A DNA stretch of 64,000 nucleotides from Convolutriloba macropyga (taxonomy: Eukaryota): contig NC_134473.1 in assembly GCF_964194025.1 (NCBI RefSeq), positions 73,036,001 through 73,100,000 on the forward strand. Reading direction: 5' to 3'. Positions 1 through 10,820 of this stretch are shown here, in pieces. The notes below the pieces were generated by a model. It ran no database searches, had not been told where the DNA came from, and was given only the letters and a program-made list of their open reading frames with translations. How positions within the stretch are numbered: position 1 is the first letter of the stretch; each line of letters begins with the position of its first letter. The position numbers were made by a program, and so were the translations under genes.

Positions 1-842
1 CCATCTGAGATTTTAAATTCTTATAGAATAGATTTCGCGCATGGTAAGTACATTTTTGTCCTCAGGCTGATCTACGAAATGGTCCACATGAAAAAACTAA
101 GGTCTAAAATGCAAGACTCAGAAAAAATAGATCCACTTTTGTATGGTTACAAAACAAAGTTTGATTACTAAGGCACCTTGCCACAGTCCTACTAAGGATT
201 AATATGTTAACGTACTAAACCGGCACAAGATAATTATTCTGACGTTTTCAGGACGTATCAAGGCCAATATTAACGGAAGCAAATCGCGAGAAAACTGTCG
301 GATAAATCTCAAGTCAAGATAAACGGAAATTAAAATTTTTCCAGTGTAACGTTTGTGGTTTCTCTCATTTTTTATTTCTTTCTGGGATTGAATTGGGATT
401 ATAAAAGTTTCCGAAATATTCGAAAGAGTACTGCAAGAGCAAGGAAGAAGCCCAGTCCACCTGGCTGTCCGAATGAACAAATATATTAGAAACAAAAACA
501 ATTAAAATAACATTGATAATTATTGCTGATGAAGTTAAAGCCAGGTTATTTTGTAATCATTCAGCACTGTTGTTGAATGGCCGTTGCCGCAATAAGCCAC
601 TTTTGAAGTACTTGTAAAAATGAATGTTTGATGATGTCAGAAAAAGTGCAGTGATGATGTCAGTGAATGAGAGTGGGAGAATATAGGCGTAAGTCAGCAA
701 TGAGAGAGGAAGATTTCAAAATCTCAAAAAATCAATCGAATCACTGCAATGCCCTGTGTTTCTGCTGACATTTGAAGCAGAAACATTCTAAAATCAATTA
801 AGATATCAGACGAAAAAAATCTCAAAAAATTATTGCAAACGT

Positions 843-1266
843 GTCCTGACAAAACAGTCCCAGATAAAACAGTACCATTTTGCAAATATTCCCAGACAAA
901 ATGGTCCAATAAAAGCAGACAAAATAGTCCCGAAAAAATATCGAAACAATTGTAAATATAGTCTACAAACAATTAACAAATGTAATCTATGAGTTAAGCT
1001 TCTAAACGCATTGTTTTAGTTGACATAAATTAAGAATAAACCAAGACTTGGTTCAAAATGCACAATTTGGTTCAAAATAAAAAACTTTGTAATCAGCTTA
1101 ATATGTGTTCAAAGAGACATCGTTATTTGAATGACTCAACGAATTTGTGTGTTAATTGGTGTGCTTATGTTCAACTCTGTGCTTAAATGGGATTATTTTG
1201 TCTGGGACTGTTTTGTCTGCTTTCTCGGGGACTATTTTGCCTGGGAATATTTTGCTATTCAGGACT
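843..1266. repeat. Fold-back/MITE-like element with internally repetitive inverted arms
   Basis: GTCCTGA.. and (GTC/TTC)CCAGAYAAAA units at 843-935 are mirrored by TTTTGTCTGGGAC units and ..CAGGAC at 1187-1266; no TSD resolved. Confidence 0.5.
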
Positions 1267-1502
1267 TTTTGTCTGTTCTCCATGTCGTTAATCTCTTATG
1301 TCGTTTATCTCTGGAAAACAGAGCGGTATAGTCAAACATTGGATTTTTTGGGTGATTTGAAAAGTTGTGTATTTTTGTAGGGCACCGTAAGTTTCCAAAA
1401 TCAATTATTGTACTTGGGTTAACACTCGCTCTTACATTGACGAAAGCGAGTCACTGACTATCCGATATGCGTTAAGTTTAACTGGATTGAAATCCTACTC
1501 AC

Positions 1503-1578
1503 CTTAAACTGGTCTCTGGCTCTCTCGTAGGCGTCTGATTGATAACCGGGGACTTTGCCTATCGTTACATCAGCATAA
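1503..1578 (-). CDS. CFAP96: CFAP96/C4orf47 (UPF0602) coding exon 3; gene continues left, later exons not located
   Basis: Acceptor TGTTTCAG|T and donor AAG|GTGAGT. Encodes YADVTIGKVPGYQSDAYERARDQFK, continuing the family motif GTGYG-YANxTIGK. Phase 2 entry matches the end of exon 2. Confidence 0.8.
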
Positions 1579-2390
1579 CTGAAACAGTCAAGATTGCAAA
1601 CAAATTTCAGAGCCATTAAGATCAAATTCAGTTTATCTACCATAGTAGGATGTAGCAATTGTACTGGATTGAGATACTGGTCAACTCAGTAATTCAATAT
1701 TATATCTGATAAGATCTTTGAGATTTTTATAATTGGATAGGATAGTTAATATTGCAAAATCGTATATGACTTGTATTATTATCCAAGATTTAATAGGACG
1801 CTTATAAAATACCCCATCTCATTATTGTAAGAAATTGTAAGGTTATCACAAAAATTTTAGTAAACTTCTAAATTATGCAATGATCTAACAAAAAATTTTG
1901 GGAAATTAATTTTTCGATGAAACCTGTACCTGAAACTATGCACTATAAGTAAGATTTGGAGTACCTGTAAGAACGTACCTGGAGTACTTTTTTATAGCAT
2001 ATTATGAGATCTTAACAAGAAAAAGTAATATGAGCAAAATGCATCACTGAAAGAAGTTCTTTGAAATTCAAAAAGTTACTTTGAAATATATTAGAATTAA
2101 CTAGATGCGAAGTTCAATAAAAATAAAATGCCGAGAATTAAGATTTGGAGATTATGCTCTAAAAATATAAAACATGGAAAGTTCTTGATTTTTCTAGGGT
2201 TTTGTCCTCTGAAGGATATTAAACTTACCTCAACTTGTTTCAACTTATCCTGTTGATAATAGCTCGCTTATTGTATGCCGCATTATTATTTTTAGTTGAA
2301 CTGAAGTTGCTAAATATTTACTTCGGACTCTTCAAAAAATTGATTAAAAACTAGGACGAACATGATAAAGGAAAATGCATCAAAATTTAT

Positions 2391-3628
2391 TGTAACGGCT
2401 GCTCTCCTATCAAAGTCAAGGAAAACTTTACACCGCCCAGTTCGTTTCAGCGGTTTCAAATCTGTCCGGATATTGTGTTTTTGCAGTTAACTTTTGTGAA
2501 CTGTATTATCTGCTATACTGTAGAATACCGTTGCATTACTTGTTGCTCAATTACTCCTGTTAACTAATCGCTCAGCTTTGCTGTATAACAAACTTGTTTC
2601 TCTCAGAATAACAAAATAATTCAAATTGAAACAATCAAATTTTTGTTGAGTTTTCGTTAATAACTCAAGTTATAAACCGAATTCAGGAATTCCCGTTCCT
2701 ACAAATTGTAGCCCTATAAGTTGGCGATAACTACGCGAAGTTTCAACCTGCTGCAGTTAGCAGTTGTAAAACGGGCTGTCTTACCAGTTGCAAATCTGAT
2801 AATAATAATATTTTTCAAAATTCACAGTTAACAACTCTCTATTGGTTTCAATAACACCAATGTTGAACAAGAGTAGGCTTCGTTAAAGCCAGTAAGAGAA
2901 ACTGACTCTATGCTTTGCACAAAGTTTCTCTTACTTAGGAACTTCGCTCCTCAGAAAGAAAATTTTGAGAATATCAAAGTTAATTCTCTTTTCACAAGTC
3001 AAGATAAAATTAAAACTGTACAATCACTAATATGATCTACAGAAACAAGACACAGTAACAAGTATTTTACCGCTCAAGAAAGTGTGCTTCAATACGCACT
3101 GTATGTCAGTTTAATAAGACAAAATTCACAAGTTCAACTGATTTTTGGTAGTTTTTCAAGCTCCTTTTATGCTGCTAGTCACGTGGATTTACATGTCAAA
3201 TTCAACTGTTGATTGGTTGTAGATAATAATGTCGACAGAATGTGAACACTTTTCCATAACGTCACTTTTTCAGTGTAAATTTGATGTCATGGGAAATTTG
3301 TTAACCATGTAGAAGTTTTGTCGAATATTCTGTATCAATAACAGGTTGACTCGCAATCCAATCGCAAAGAATCTGATGCAATACTGTTAAGTCGCAGTAT
3401 TGTTTTGCTGGTAGTTCGAGTTTGAATTATAGTTTGACTTCATGAATGACGATTGTGTACTAATAATAGTTGCTAAATATAAATGTTGAACAAAATTAAC
3501 AAATCCGTTTGGCTTCGATAGAATGTAGCATTAAATTTCGCTTGTCGCACTATTCTAGCTTTAAGGCTTGAAATGGCCTTGAAACGCTATTCAATTTGAT
3601 TTCTGAGTTGTTCAGCTCAGCCGCAATA
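2391..3628 (-). repeat. 3' LTR of BEL/Pao element
   Basis: Direct repeat of 9583-10820; on the minus strand it is preceded by the purine-rich tract GGAAAACAGGGCCGGCGA. Confidence 0.95.
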
Positions 3629-6600
3629 TCGCCGGCCCTGTTTTCCAACGCGAAAACATCTTTTCCAGGTAGTACTGGGGCGAGCTTCACTACTGGTCTC
3701 TTGTGCACTCCGTCGTTCGTTCGAACTATATCTGATCGAATCACACCGTCAGACCCATCGATGGTCTCCGCAACTCGACCTAGATTGTAATATCCACGCT
3801 TATCGCTGTCTTCGATCAACCAAACGAGATCGCCTTCTTTAAGGGTTTCGTTTGCCGTAGATCGCCATTTTTGCCGATTATTCAGAGTTGGCAGATATTC
3901 TTTACGAAATCTGTCCCATATGAGATTTGCATAGGCTTGAGTTTGTCGAAAGAGCTTTCGATGATCAACAAATTCTTCTGCGCATGGTAGATAGGGTAAG
4001 CAAACGTTCTTATTGCCAAGCAAGAAGTGATTGGGGGTCAATGCTTCCAAGTCATTAACATCTGAACTGACTGGAGTCAAAGGTCTTGCATTCAATGTCT
4101 GCTCAACAATACACATCGTTGTTGAAAGAACGTCTTCGGTGACTGATCTGTTCCCCAACACTGCATACATTGCGTTCTTGCAACTTCTCACCAACCGCTC
4201 CCATACTCCTCCAAAGTGAGGTGCTGCGGGTGGGTTGAACTTCCATCTGATCCCTCGTTGAATTAGATGTTCTTCGATCCCTTCTTTGTTCCATGCCGCA
4301 ACGTACTCTGCAAACTCTCTTTCAGCTCCAACAAAATTTGTCCCATTGTCGCTGATGATCGTATTCGGTTTGCCTCTTCGTGCAATAAATCTCATTATTG
4401 CATTGAGACAACTATCTGTGTCCAACTTGGGTACCACTTCTATATGCACCGCTCTCATAGTTAGACATGTAAAGAGACAACACCATCGCTTTTCGTTCCT
4501 TCGCCCAATCTTCACAATGAAAGGGCCAAAGTAGTCGACTCCAACATTTGTAAAGGCTGTAGAAGCATCTAACCGTTCTTCGGGTAGACCTGCCATTACT
4601 GGTGCTATCGTTTGTGCTCTGCCTTTTCTGCAGGTAATGCACTTGTTCTTGATTGATCTTAAGGCGTTCCGTATGCCTAGTATCCACATCTTCTGCTGAA
4701 CAATGTTTCTCACATGCTCAGTGCCTTCGTGTTGATTGTCCTTGTGCTCATATCGCAAGAATAATTCAACCGCATGATGTTTCCAATGTAGCAAAATTGG
4801 ATGCTTTGCATTGAAGTCCAATTGACTTTTGCCTATTCTGCCTTTGGCTCGAATAAGTCCTTCTTCATCTATGAATGGTGAGAACTGTAGGATTTTGCTG
4901 CCTCTTGGAATTTCCTTTTCAGCTTTGAGAGATTTCATCTCTTCACCAAACTGTTCTTGTTGTAGTAGCTTGAAGATTGTTGCTTTTGCTTTTCTTCTTT
5001 CTTCGATGCTAACTATGAGTGTTGCTGGTCTGTGTTTTTTCAATGCTCGCTGTACGTATGCCACTGTATTTACTAGTCTGTTGAAGTTACTGAATCGTTC
5101 CCACTGGATAACAGCTTTCTTCTCTTCAGCCTGTATCATGAAGACTGACGAGGGTATAATCTCTTCATCTGAGGCAAATATTAGGTTCACTTGCTGTGGC
5201 CATTCGCTTTTTGGTTGTGTCAACCAAGCCGGCCCAGTGAGCCACTCACTTCTCTTGAGTTCTTCAATGTTGATTGCTCTCGTGCCAATGTCAGCTGGGT
5301 TGTTGATACCGCTCACATGTTTCCACTGCGAAACATCGGTTGTATCTAGTATCTCAGCCACTCGATTGGCCACAAACACTTGTTGTTTACGATGGGAACT
5401 GTGTATCCACTGCAATACGGTAGTTGAGTCTGACCAAAAACTGCAACTTTTTATCTTCATTTCATGTTCCTTGACTATCTGTTCTTTCAACCTCACTGCC
5501 ATGACTGCCGCTTGCAATTCCAATCGCGGTATTGAAAGATGCCTCATCGGTGCCACTCTGCATTTTCCAATGACAAATGCTAAGTCAGCTGAGTATTCTT
5601 TTGGTTTTGAGCGTAGATAAGCCACTGCACACATCGTGTCTTCAGATGCGTCAGCAAACACATGAAGTTCGGCTTTATCCCTCTCTCTGTTGAAGTACCT
5701 TCTATCGATGCTTGTCTCAGCCACTATTGGGAGTTGTTCTTTCCATCTCAGGAATTCTTCTTCTTCACTGGGCTCGACTTCGTTGTCCCAATGTTGTCCA
5801 TTCTTAGTCCAGATGCCTTTCAGAAGTCGTCTCATGTGAACACTGAACGGAGCAAACAATCCGATCGGGTCGAATACTGAAGATACCAGTGACAGAATCT
5901 TCCTCTGGGTTATAGGTGCTTCAACTTTTTTGTTTGTTCCTCTGCATACTTGAAGACTGTCATCAGTAACGGTCCATTGTAGTCCTAGCACTGAGGATCC
6001 CTCCGTACTGGGTTCCACTTCGACTTGCTTCGTGTTGCTGATTGACTTCAAGTCTTCTGGGATTGCTTTGGCAACTGCGTCGTTGTTGCTTATCCACTTC
6101 TTCAATTCGAATCCATGTTGCGAGAGAAGAGGTTGTAGTTGATCGAAGACTTCAATTGCTTCTTCCGGGGTTTGTACTGATTTGATGAAATCGTCCATGT
6201 AGAAGTTGTTTTGTATTGCTTTTGCTGCAATCGGATACTCTTTTTCGTTGTCCAGTCCCACTCGCTTGAGAGCATAGTTTGCGCAAGTTGGAGAACTCTT
6301 AGCTCCAAATACGTGACGCTGATATTCGTATATCTGAACAGGTTCGTTTGTTCTTGGACGCCATAAGAATCTCAAGCAACTTCTGTCCTGTTCGGGAACT
6401 TGCACTTGTAGAAACATCGATTCGATGTCAGCTGTCAGGGCTATTGGCCCTTCACGGAATCTGAATATTGTTCCAATCAACCCATGTAGCAGATCAGGTC
6501 CTGCTAGTAGCTTATCATTTAGGCATACTTCTTTGTACTTTGAGGCAGCATTGCAAACACGTCTTACTTTGCCAGGCTTGTTCGGGTTTAGCACTGGATG

Positions 6601-9534
6601 GTGTGGCAAATACCATTCTTTCCCGAAGGTGCCTTTCACTTCGGACTCGTCCAATATCTTTACGAATCCTTTTTCTACATCTGTATCTATTGACTGTTGA
6701 TACAAATTCTTCAAGTTTGGTTCCCTTTGGAATCTTCGCTCCAGTGAGTAAAGCTGACCCAAGGCTGAGCTGTAGTTGTTCGGTAGGTTTGGCTCTGGTT
6801 CACTCCACAGCATTCCCACTTCGTACCGCTCGCCTGTGAACTTTGTCGTACTCTCTAGCATCTTTTGTGCCAGCAGTTCCTTCTTTGACTGACTGACGAC
6901 GTTGATTTTGGAAGCATAGGTTTCTATGTCCCACCAGGTTTGGATATTCTCAGCCACTTTCACATCTTCAGTGAAGGCGAAATGACAAACATTTTGTCTT
7001 CTTTTGCCCGTCATGGGTCCACTGACTACCCATCCTAGCTCTGTTAGAACGGCGAAATGTTCACTTCGTGTTCCTATCTTATAGTCCAATGGGCGTTGTA
7101 GCTCATAAGCATCTTGACCAAGGATGATGCCAACTACCATCATGTTGAAGCTTTTGTTGGGTAAAACACTCAAGTGGTTGAAGCTTTGCTTCAGCTTGTT
7201 GTAGTTGTAGTTTGTGTTTCCCAAGGAGATTGACGGGTGTGCAAACGCTTCGATTGAATGCACCTTTGAATGTAGTCCCTTTATTTTGAGCTGAACCTTT
7301 TCTGTCTTCAGATCCTTCGTTCCGTGTATGCCAGCTATGTTGAGCGTCACATCGGTGCCTTGGGCCCGTAACTTCTCTTGCACACTTTGATCGATGAATG
7401 AAACCGTTGATCCACTATCGAGGAAAGCATATGTGTTCAGCCTGTTGCCACCGCTCTGTATTGAGACAGGAACTATCTGAAGAAAGGTAGTAACTTCGTT
7501 ACTCTGGTTGATTGTTGCTGCGCTTACGTTGACTGCATGATTGCCCTCGTCCATTTGGTTTTCTGAGTGTAACAATCGGTTGTGCTTCTTGATGCATCCA
7601 TTGATGCCGCACGCATTGACTTTACAATCTTTGATTGCATGTCCTTTGCCTAGACATCCGTAACATAAGCGTTGCTTTCTCACTGCTGCGTACCGATCAT
7701 TCACACTCATGTTCCTGAATAGTGGACAGTTCCATATTTTATGAGTGCCATCAGCTAGCGGACAGAGATCACTTTGCGTTTCCTTCGTTTCTTTCACGTT
7801 GGAACTTGCACTGAAGTTCGACGTTTTCGAGAACCGTTTGTCTCTATTTGTGCTTCTTCGGTCTTCTTCTCTTCGCTCTCCCTTGAAAGCTGAAAACCCT
7901 TCGTGCACTAATGCTATCCTTGATAGCCATTTTTCAAACATTATCAGATCAGGCCAATCTTCATCCTTATCATCAACATAGAACCACCACTTCTCTTTGA
8001 GAACTTGGGGTAGTTTATCTACTGCCATATACAGTGTCGAGCTTGATTGCAGATCACCAATCTGCTTGTACTCTTTGAGCACATTCACAAAATTCGAAAC
8101 AATAACTGAGAAACTGATCAGACCTGTTGAGTCGTGAGGTTTCACCTGACTTGCTTTGCGAAGACTCTCCAGTTGTGCATCAATGATCACATGAGGCCTT
8201 CCAAATTTCCTCTCCAGAATACTCCATGCAGCACCATAGAATTGTCCAGAATAACCCATTCCAGAGATTGCTGACCTTGTCTTGCCTGTCAGTAGAGTCT
8301 TCAGATGGCTCATCTTCTCTGAGTCTGGTATTGGTCGTTGATCCACTGTAGCGATGAACATACTAGACCACTCCGGCCATTCCAGAGGGTTTCCGTCGAA
8401 GTTGTTCCACTTCAGCTTTGGTAGGTTACTGCTACCTGCGTACCCACTGTTGTATCGTAGTAGACCATCTCTGGGGGAAGCGTCTCGGTCTTCAACACTT
8501 GAGGAACGGTCTCGTGAACTGCGATATCGTGAGAAGTGACTTTGCCTGTTCACTTCAGGGGTCACTTCGAAGCGAGCTGTTGATCGATCTGGTGTTAGAA
8601 GGTTGTCGATTCTGCTGGCCCAGTCAGAGACATCTCTCTTCTTGGGTTTCCAGTTGAAGGGTGATTTGTCTCGAGCACTGGTTGATTGGGAACGTGCATC
8701 ATCGTTCTCTAATGCTGTTCTCTTCACTTTGCGCTCTAGCTCGCGCTCTTCCTCCAGTAGTTGATGCTTGGTTTCCAGTTCCTTCATTTGCATTTCCAGC
8801 TCTAGCCTCCGCCGCTCAAACCGTGCTTGTTCGAGTCGCATCTTGGTTTCGAATTCGATATCGAATTTCTTCATCCTTTCCTCTCGCCTTTGCTTTGCTG
8901 ACGATGTTTCCGAAACATTCTCCGTTTCTTGGCCGCTTGCTGTTGCTCCGTTTCGCACTGTTTGAGCAACTGGGTTGTCCCTTGGATAGTTGTTGTTGCC
9001 CTCGCTGTCGATCATTGCTTGGGTTGCGTTGCTTTGCTCTGCATTCATTTCTGGTTGCGTGCCTTTGCTTATATATGCAAGCCAATGATAGTCCAAACTT
9101 GCTTTGCACTTCCTTGCTTCTTTCAGATGTTCTTCAACGAAATTTGCTTGGTAGGGCACAAGCTTGTTTCGACGCTGCAGTTGCTTGGGTATTTCTTCCT
9201 CTAGAAGGTGAACAGTCTGTTGGTAGAGGACCTTTAGTTTGTTGGGTCGATCTGAATCTTCAATTATTTTGTAGCCAATCCCTGTTTTGGTGTTGACTTC
9301 TTCCCGTAAATCTTGGAGCTTCTTGTCGTACCTTTGAGCTGTCGATTGAAGCTCCTCTCTGCTGATTGTGTTAGGATTGCCTGATTGCCTTTTGCTTTGT
9401 TTGCTCCTTTTAAGCGAGGTTAGTTCTTCAACGTAATTTGTGAAGTGCACTCGCAACTTTCGCTCTGCCTCACTGGCCTTGCGCTGTTGATTTGTTTGAT
9501 TCTCTTTGGGAGGTACCTTCGGCACTCTCTTCAT
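3550..9534 (-). CDS. BEL/Pao Gag-Pol polyprotein (~1994 aa from the first ATG after the PBS): Gag with CCHC knuckles, aspartic protease, RT, Pao RNase H, integrase
   Basis: FDGNPLEWPEW gag, CPL..H..C / CYGCL..H..C / C..GC.KKHNRLLH knuckles, FLDSGS protease, YMDD RT, HVFADAS RNase H, HHCC plus VDYFGP / SDNGTNF / WERLV integrase. Confidence 0.95.
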   Translation of the reverse strand: MKRVPKVPPKENQTNQQRKASEAERKLRVHFTNYVEELTSLKRSKQSKRQSGNPNTISREELQSTAQRYDKKLQDLREEVNTKTGIGYKIIEDSDRPNKLKVLYQQTVHLLEEEIPKQLQRRNKLVPYQANFVEEHLKEARKCKASLDYHWLAYISKGTQPEMNAEQSNATQAMIDSEGNNNYPRDNPVAQTVRNGATASGQETENVSETSSAKQRREERMKKFDIEFETKMRLEQARFERRRLELEMQMKELETKHQLLEEERELERKVKRTALENDDARSQSTSARDKSPFNWKPKKRDVSDWASRIDNLLTPDRSTARFEVTPEVNRQSHFSRYRSSRDRSSSVEDRDASPRDGLLRYNSGYAGSSNLPKLKWNNFDGNPLEWPEWSSMFIATVDQRPIPDSEKMSHLKTLLTGKTRSAISGMGYSGQFYGAAWSILERKFGRPHVIIDAQLESLRKASQVKPHDSTGLISFSVIVSNFVNVLKEYKQIGDLQSSSTLYMAVDKLPQVLKEKWWFYVDDKDEDWPDLIMFEKWLSRIALVHEGFSAFKGERREEDRRSTNRDKRFSKTSNFSASSNVKETKETQSDLCPLADGTHKIWNCPLFRNMSVNDRYAAVRKQRLCYGCLGKGHAIKDCKVNACGINGCIKKHNRLLHSENQMDEGNHAVNVSAATINQSNEVTTFLQIVPVSIQSGGNRLNTYAFLDSGSTVSFIDQSVQEKLRAQGTDVTLNIAGIHGTKDLKTEKVQLKIKGLHSKVHSIEAFAHPSISLGNTNYNYNKLKQSFNHLSVLPNKSFNMMVVGIILGQDAYELQRPLDYKIGTRSEHFAVLTELGWVVSGPMTGKRRQNVCHFAFTEDVKVAENIQTWWDIETYASKINVVSQSKKELLAQKMLESTTKFTGERYEVGMLWSEPEPNLPNNYSSALGQLYSLERRFQREPNLKNLYQQSIDTDVEKGFVKILDESEVKGTFGKEWYLPHHPVLNPNKPGKVRRVCNAASKYKEVCLNDKLLAGPDLLHGLIGTIFRFREGPIALTADIESMFLQVQVPEQDRSCLRFLWRPRTNEPVQIYEYQRHVFGAKSSPTCANYALKRVGLDNEKEYPIAAKAIQNNFYMDDFIKSVQTPEEAIEVFDQLQPLLSQHGFELKKWISNNDAVAKAIPEDLKSISNTKQVEVEPSTEGSSVLGLQWTVTDDSLQVCRGTNKKVEAPITQRKILSLVSSVFDPIGLFAPFSVHMRRLLKGIWTKNGQHWDNEVEPSEEEEFLRWKEQLPIVAETSIDRRYFNRERDKAELHVFADASEDTMCAVAYLRSKPKEYSADLAFVIGKCRVAPMRHLSIPRLELQAAVMAVRLKEQIVKEHEMKIKSCSFWSDSTTVLQWIHSSHRKQQVFVANRVAEILDTTDVSQWKHVSGINNPADIGTRAINIEELKRSEWLTGPAWLTQPKSEWPQQVNLIFASDEEIIPSSVFMIQAEEKKAVIQWERFSNFNRLVNTVAYVQRALKKHRPATLIVSIEERRKAKATIFKLLQQEQFGEEMKSLKAEKEIPRGSKILQFSPFIDEEGLIRAKGRIGKSQLDFNAKHPILLHWKHHAVELFLRYEHKDNQHEGTEHVRNIVQQKMWILGIRNALRSIKNKCITCRKGRAQTIAPVMAGLPEERLDASTAFTNVGVDYFGPFIVKIGRRNEKRWCCLFTCLTMRAVHIEVVPKLDTDSCLNAIMRFIARRGKPNTIISDNGTNFVGAEREFAEYVAAWNKEGIEEHLIQRGIRWKFNPPAAPHFGGVWERLVRSCKNAMYAVLGNRSVTEDVLSTTMCIVEQTLNARPLTPVSSDVNDLEALTPNHFLLGNKNVCLPYLPCAEEFVDHRKLFRQTQAYANLIWDRFRKEYLPTLNNRQKWRSTANETLKEGDLVWLIEDSDKRGYYNLGRVAETIDGSDGVIRSDIVRTNDGVHKRPVVKLAPVLPGKDVFALENRAGDIAAELNNSEIKLNSVSRPFQALKLE

Positions 9535-9563
9535 CAGATTGGACAGCAGTTTGCCTTCCACTG

Positions 9564-9580
9564 TCCGGGTCGGCGGACCA
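9564..9580 (-). promoter_or_regulatory. Primer-binding site of BEL/Pao element (tRNA-Tyr-like)
   Basis: TGGTCCGCCGACCCGGA lies 2 nt after the 5' LTR end and resembles the tRNA-Tyr PBS TGGTCCTTCGAGCCGGA common in BEL elements. Confidence 0.7.
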
Positions 9581-9582
9581 AA

Positions 9583-10820
9583 TGTAACGGCTGCTCTCCT
9601 ATCAAAGTCAAGGAAAACTTTACACCGCCCAGTTCGTTTCAGCGGTTTCAAATCTGTCCGGATATTGTGTTTTTGCAGTTAACTTTTGTGAACTGTATTA
9701 TCCGCTATACTGTAGAATACCGTTGCATTACTTGTTGCTCAATTACTCCTGTTAACTAATCGCTCAGCTTTGCTGTATAACAAACTTGTTTCTCTCAGAA
9801 TAACAAAATAATTCAAATTGAAACAATCAAATTTTTGTTGAGTTTTCGTCAATAACTCAAGTTATAAACCGAATTCAGGAATTCCCGTTCCTACAAATTG
9901 TAGCCCTATAAGTTGGCGATAACTACGCGAAGTTTCAACCTGCTGCAGTTAGCAGTTGTAAAACGGGCTGTCTTACCAGTTGCAAATCTGATAATAATAA
10001 TATTTTTCAAAATTCACAGTTAACAACTCTCTATTGGTTTCAATAACACCAATGTTGAACTAGAGTAGGCTTCGTTAAAGCCAGTAAGAGAAACTGACTC
10101 TATGCTTTGCACAAAGTTTCTCTTACTTAGGAACTTCGCTCCTCAGAAAGAAAATTTTGAAAATATCAAAGTTAATTCTCTTTTCACAAGTCAAGATAAA
10201 ATTAAAACTGTACAATCACTAATATGATCTACAGAAACAAGACACAGTAACAAGTATTTTACCGCTCAAGAAAGTGTGCTTCAATACGCACTGTATGTCA
10301 GTTTAATAAGACAAAATTCACAAGTTCAACTGATTTTTGGTAGTTTTTCAAGCTCCTTTTATGCTGCTAGTCACGTGGATTTACATGTCAAATTCAACTG
10401 TTGATTGGTTGTAGATAATAATGTCGACAAAATGTGAACACTTTTCCATAACGTCACTTTTTCAGTGTAAATTTGATGTCATGGGAAATTTGTTAACCAT
10501 GTAGAAGTTTTGTCGAATATTCTGTATCAATAACAGGTTGACTCGCAATCCAATCGCAAAGAATCTGATGCAATACTGTTAAGTCGCAGTATTGTTTTGC
10601 TGGTAGTTCGAGTTTGGATTATAGTTTGACTTCATGAATGACGATTGTGTACTAATAATAGTTGCTAAATATAAATGTTGAACAAAATTAACAAATCCGT
10701 TTGGCTTCGATAGAATGTAGCATTAAATTTCGCTTGTCGCACTATTCTAGCTTTAAGGCTTGAAATGGCCTTGAAACGCTATTCAATTTGATTTCTGAGT
10801 TGTTAAGCTCAGCCGCAATA
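9583..10820 (-). repeat. 5' LTR of BEL/Pao element
   Basis: Direct repeat of 2391-3628; followed by the PBS on the minus strand. Confidence 0.95.

Larger units (their letters stand above)
2391..10820 (-). mobile_element. Full-length young BEL/Pao LTR retrotransposon
   Basis: Two 1238-bp LTRs (2391-3628, 9583-10820) with about 7 substitutions by eye, 5-bp TSD TTTAT (2386-2390, 10821-10825), PBS, PPT and a single uninterrupted gag-pol ORF. Confidence 0.97.

Noticed and set aside
3596-9759. Many plus-strand and alternate-frame ORFs (e.g. 4829-5620, 8661-9296)
   Set aside because: Antisense shadows of the long BEL gag-pol ORF, with no independent motifs
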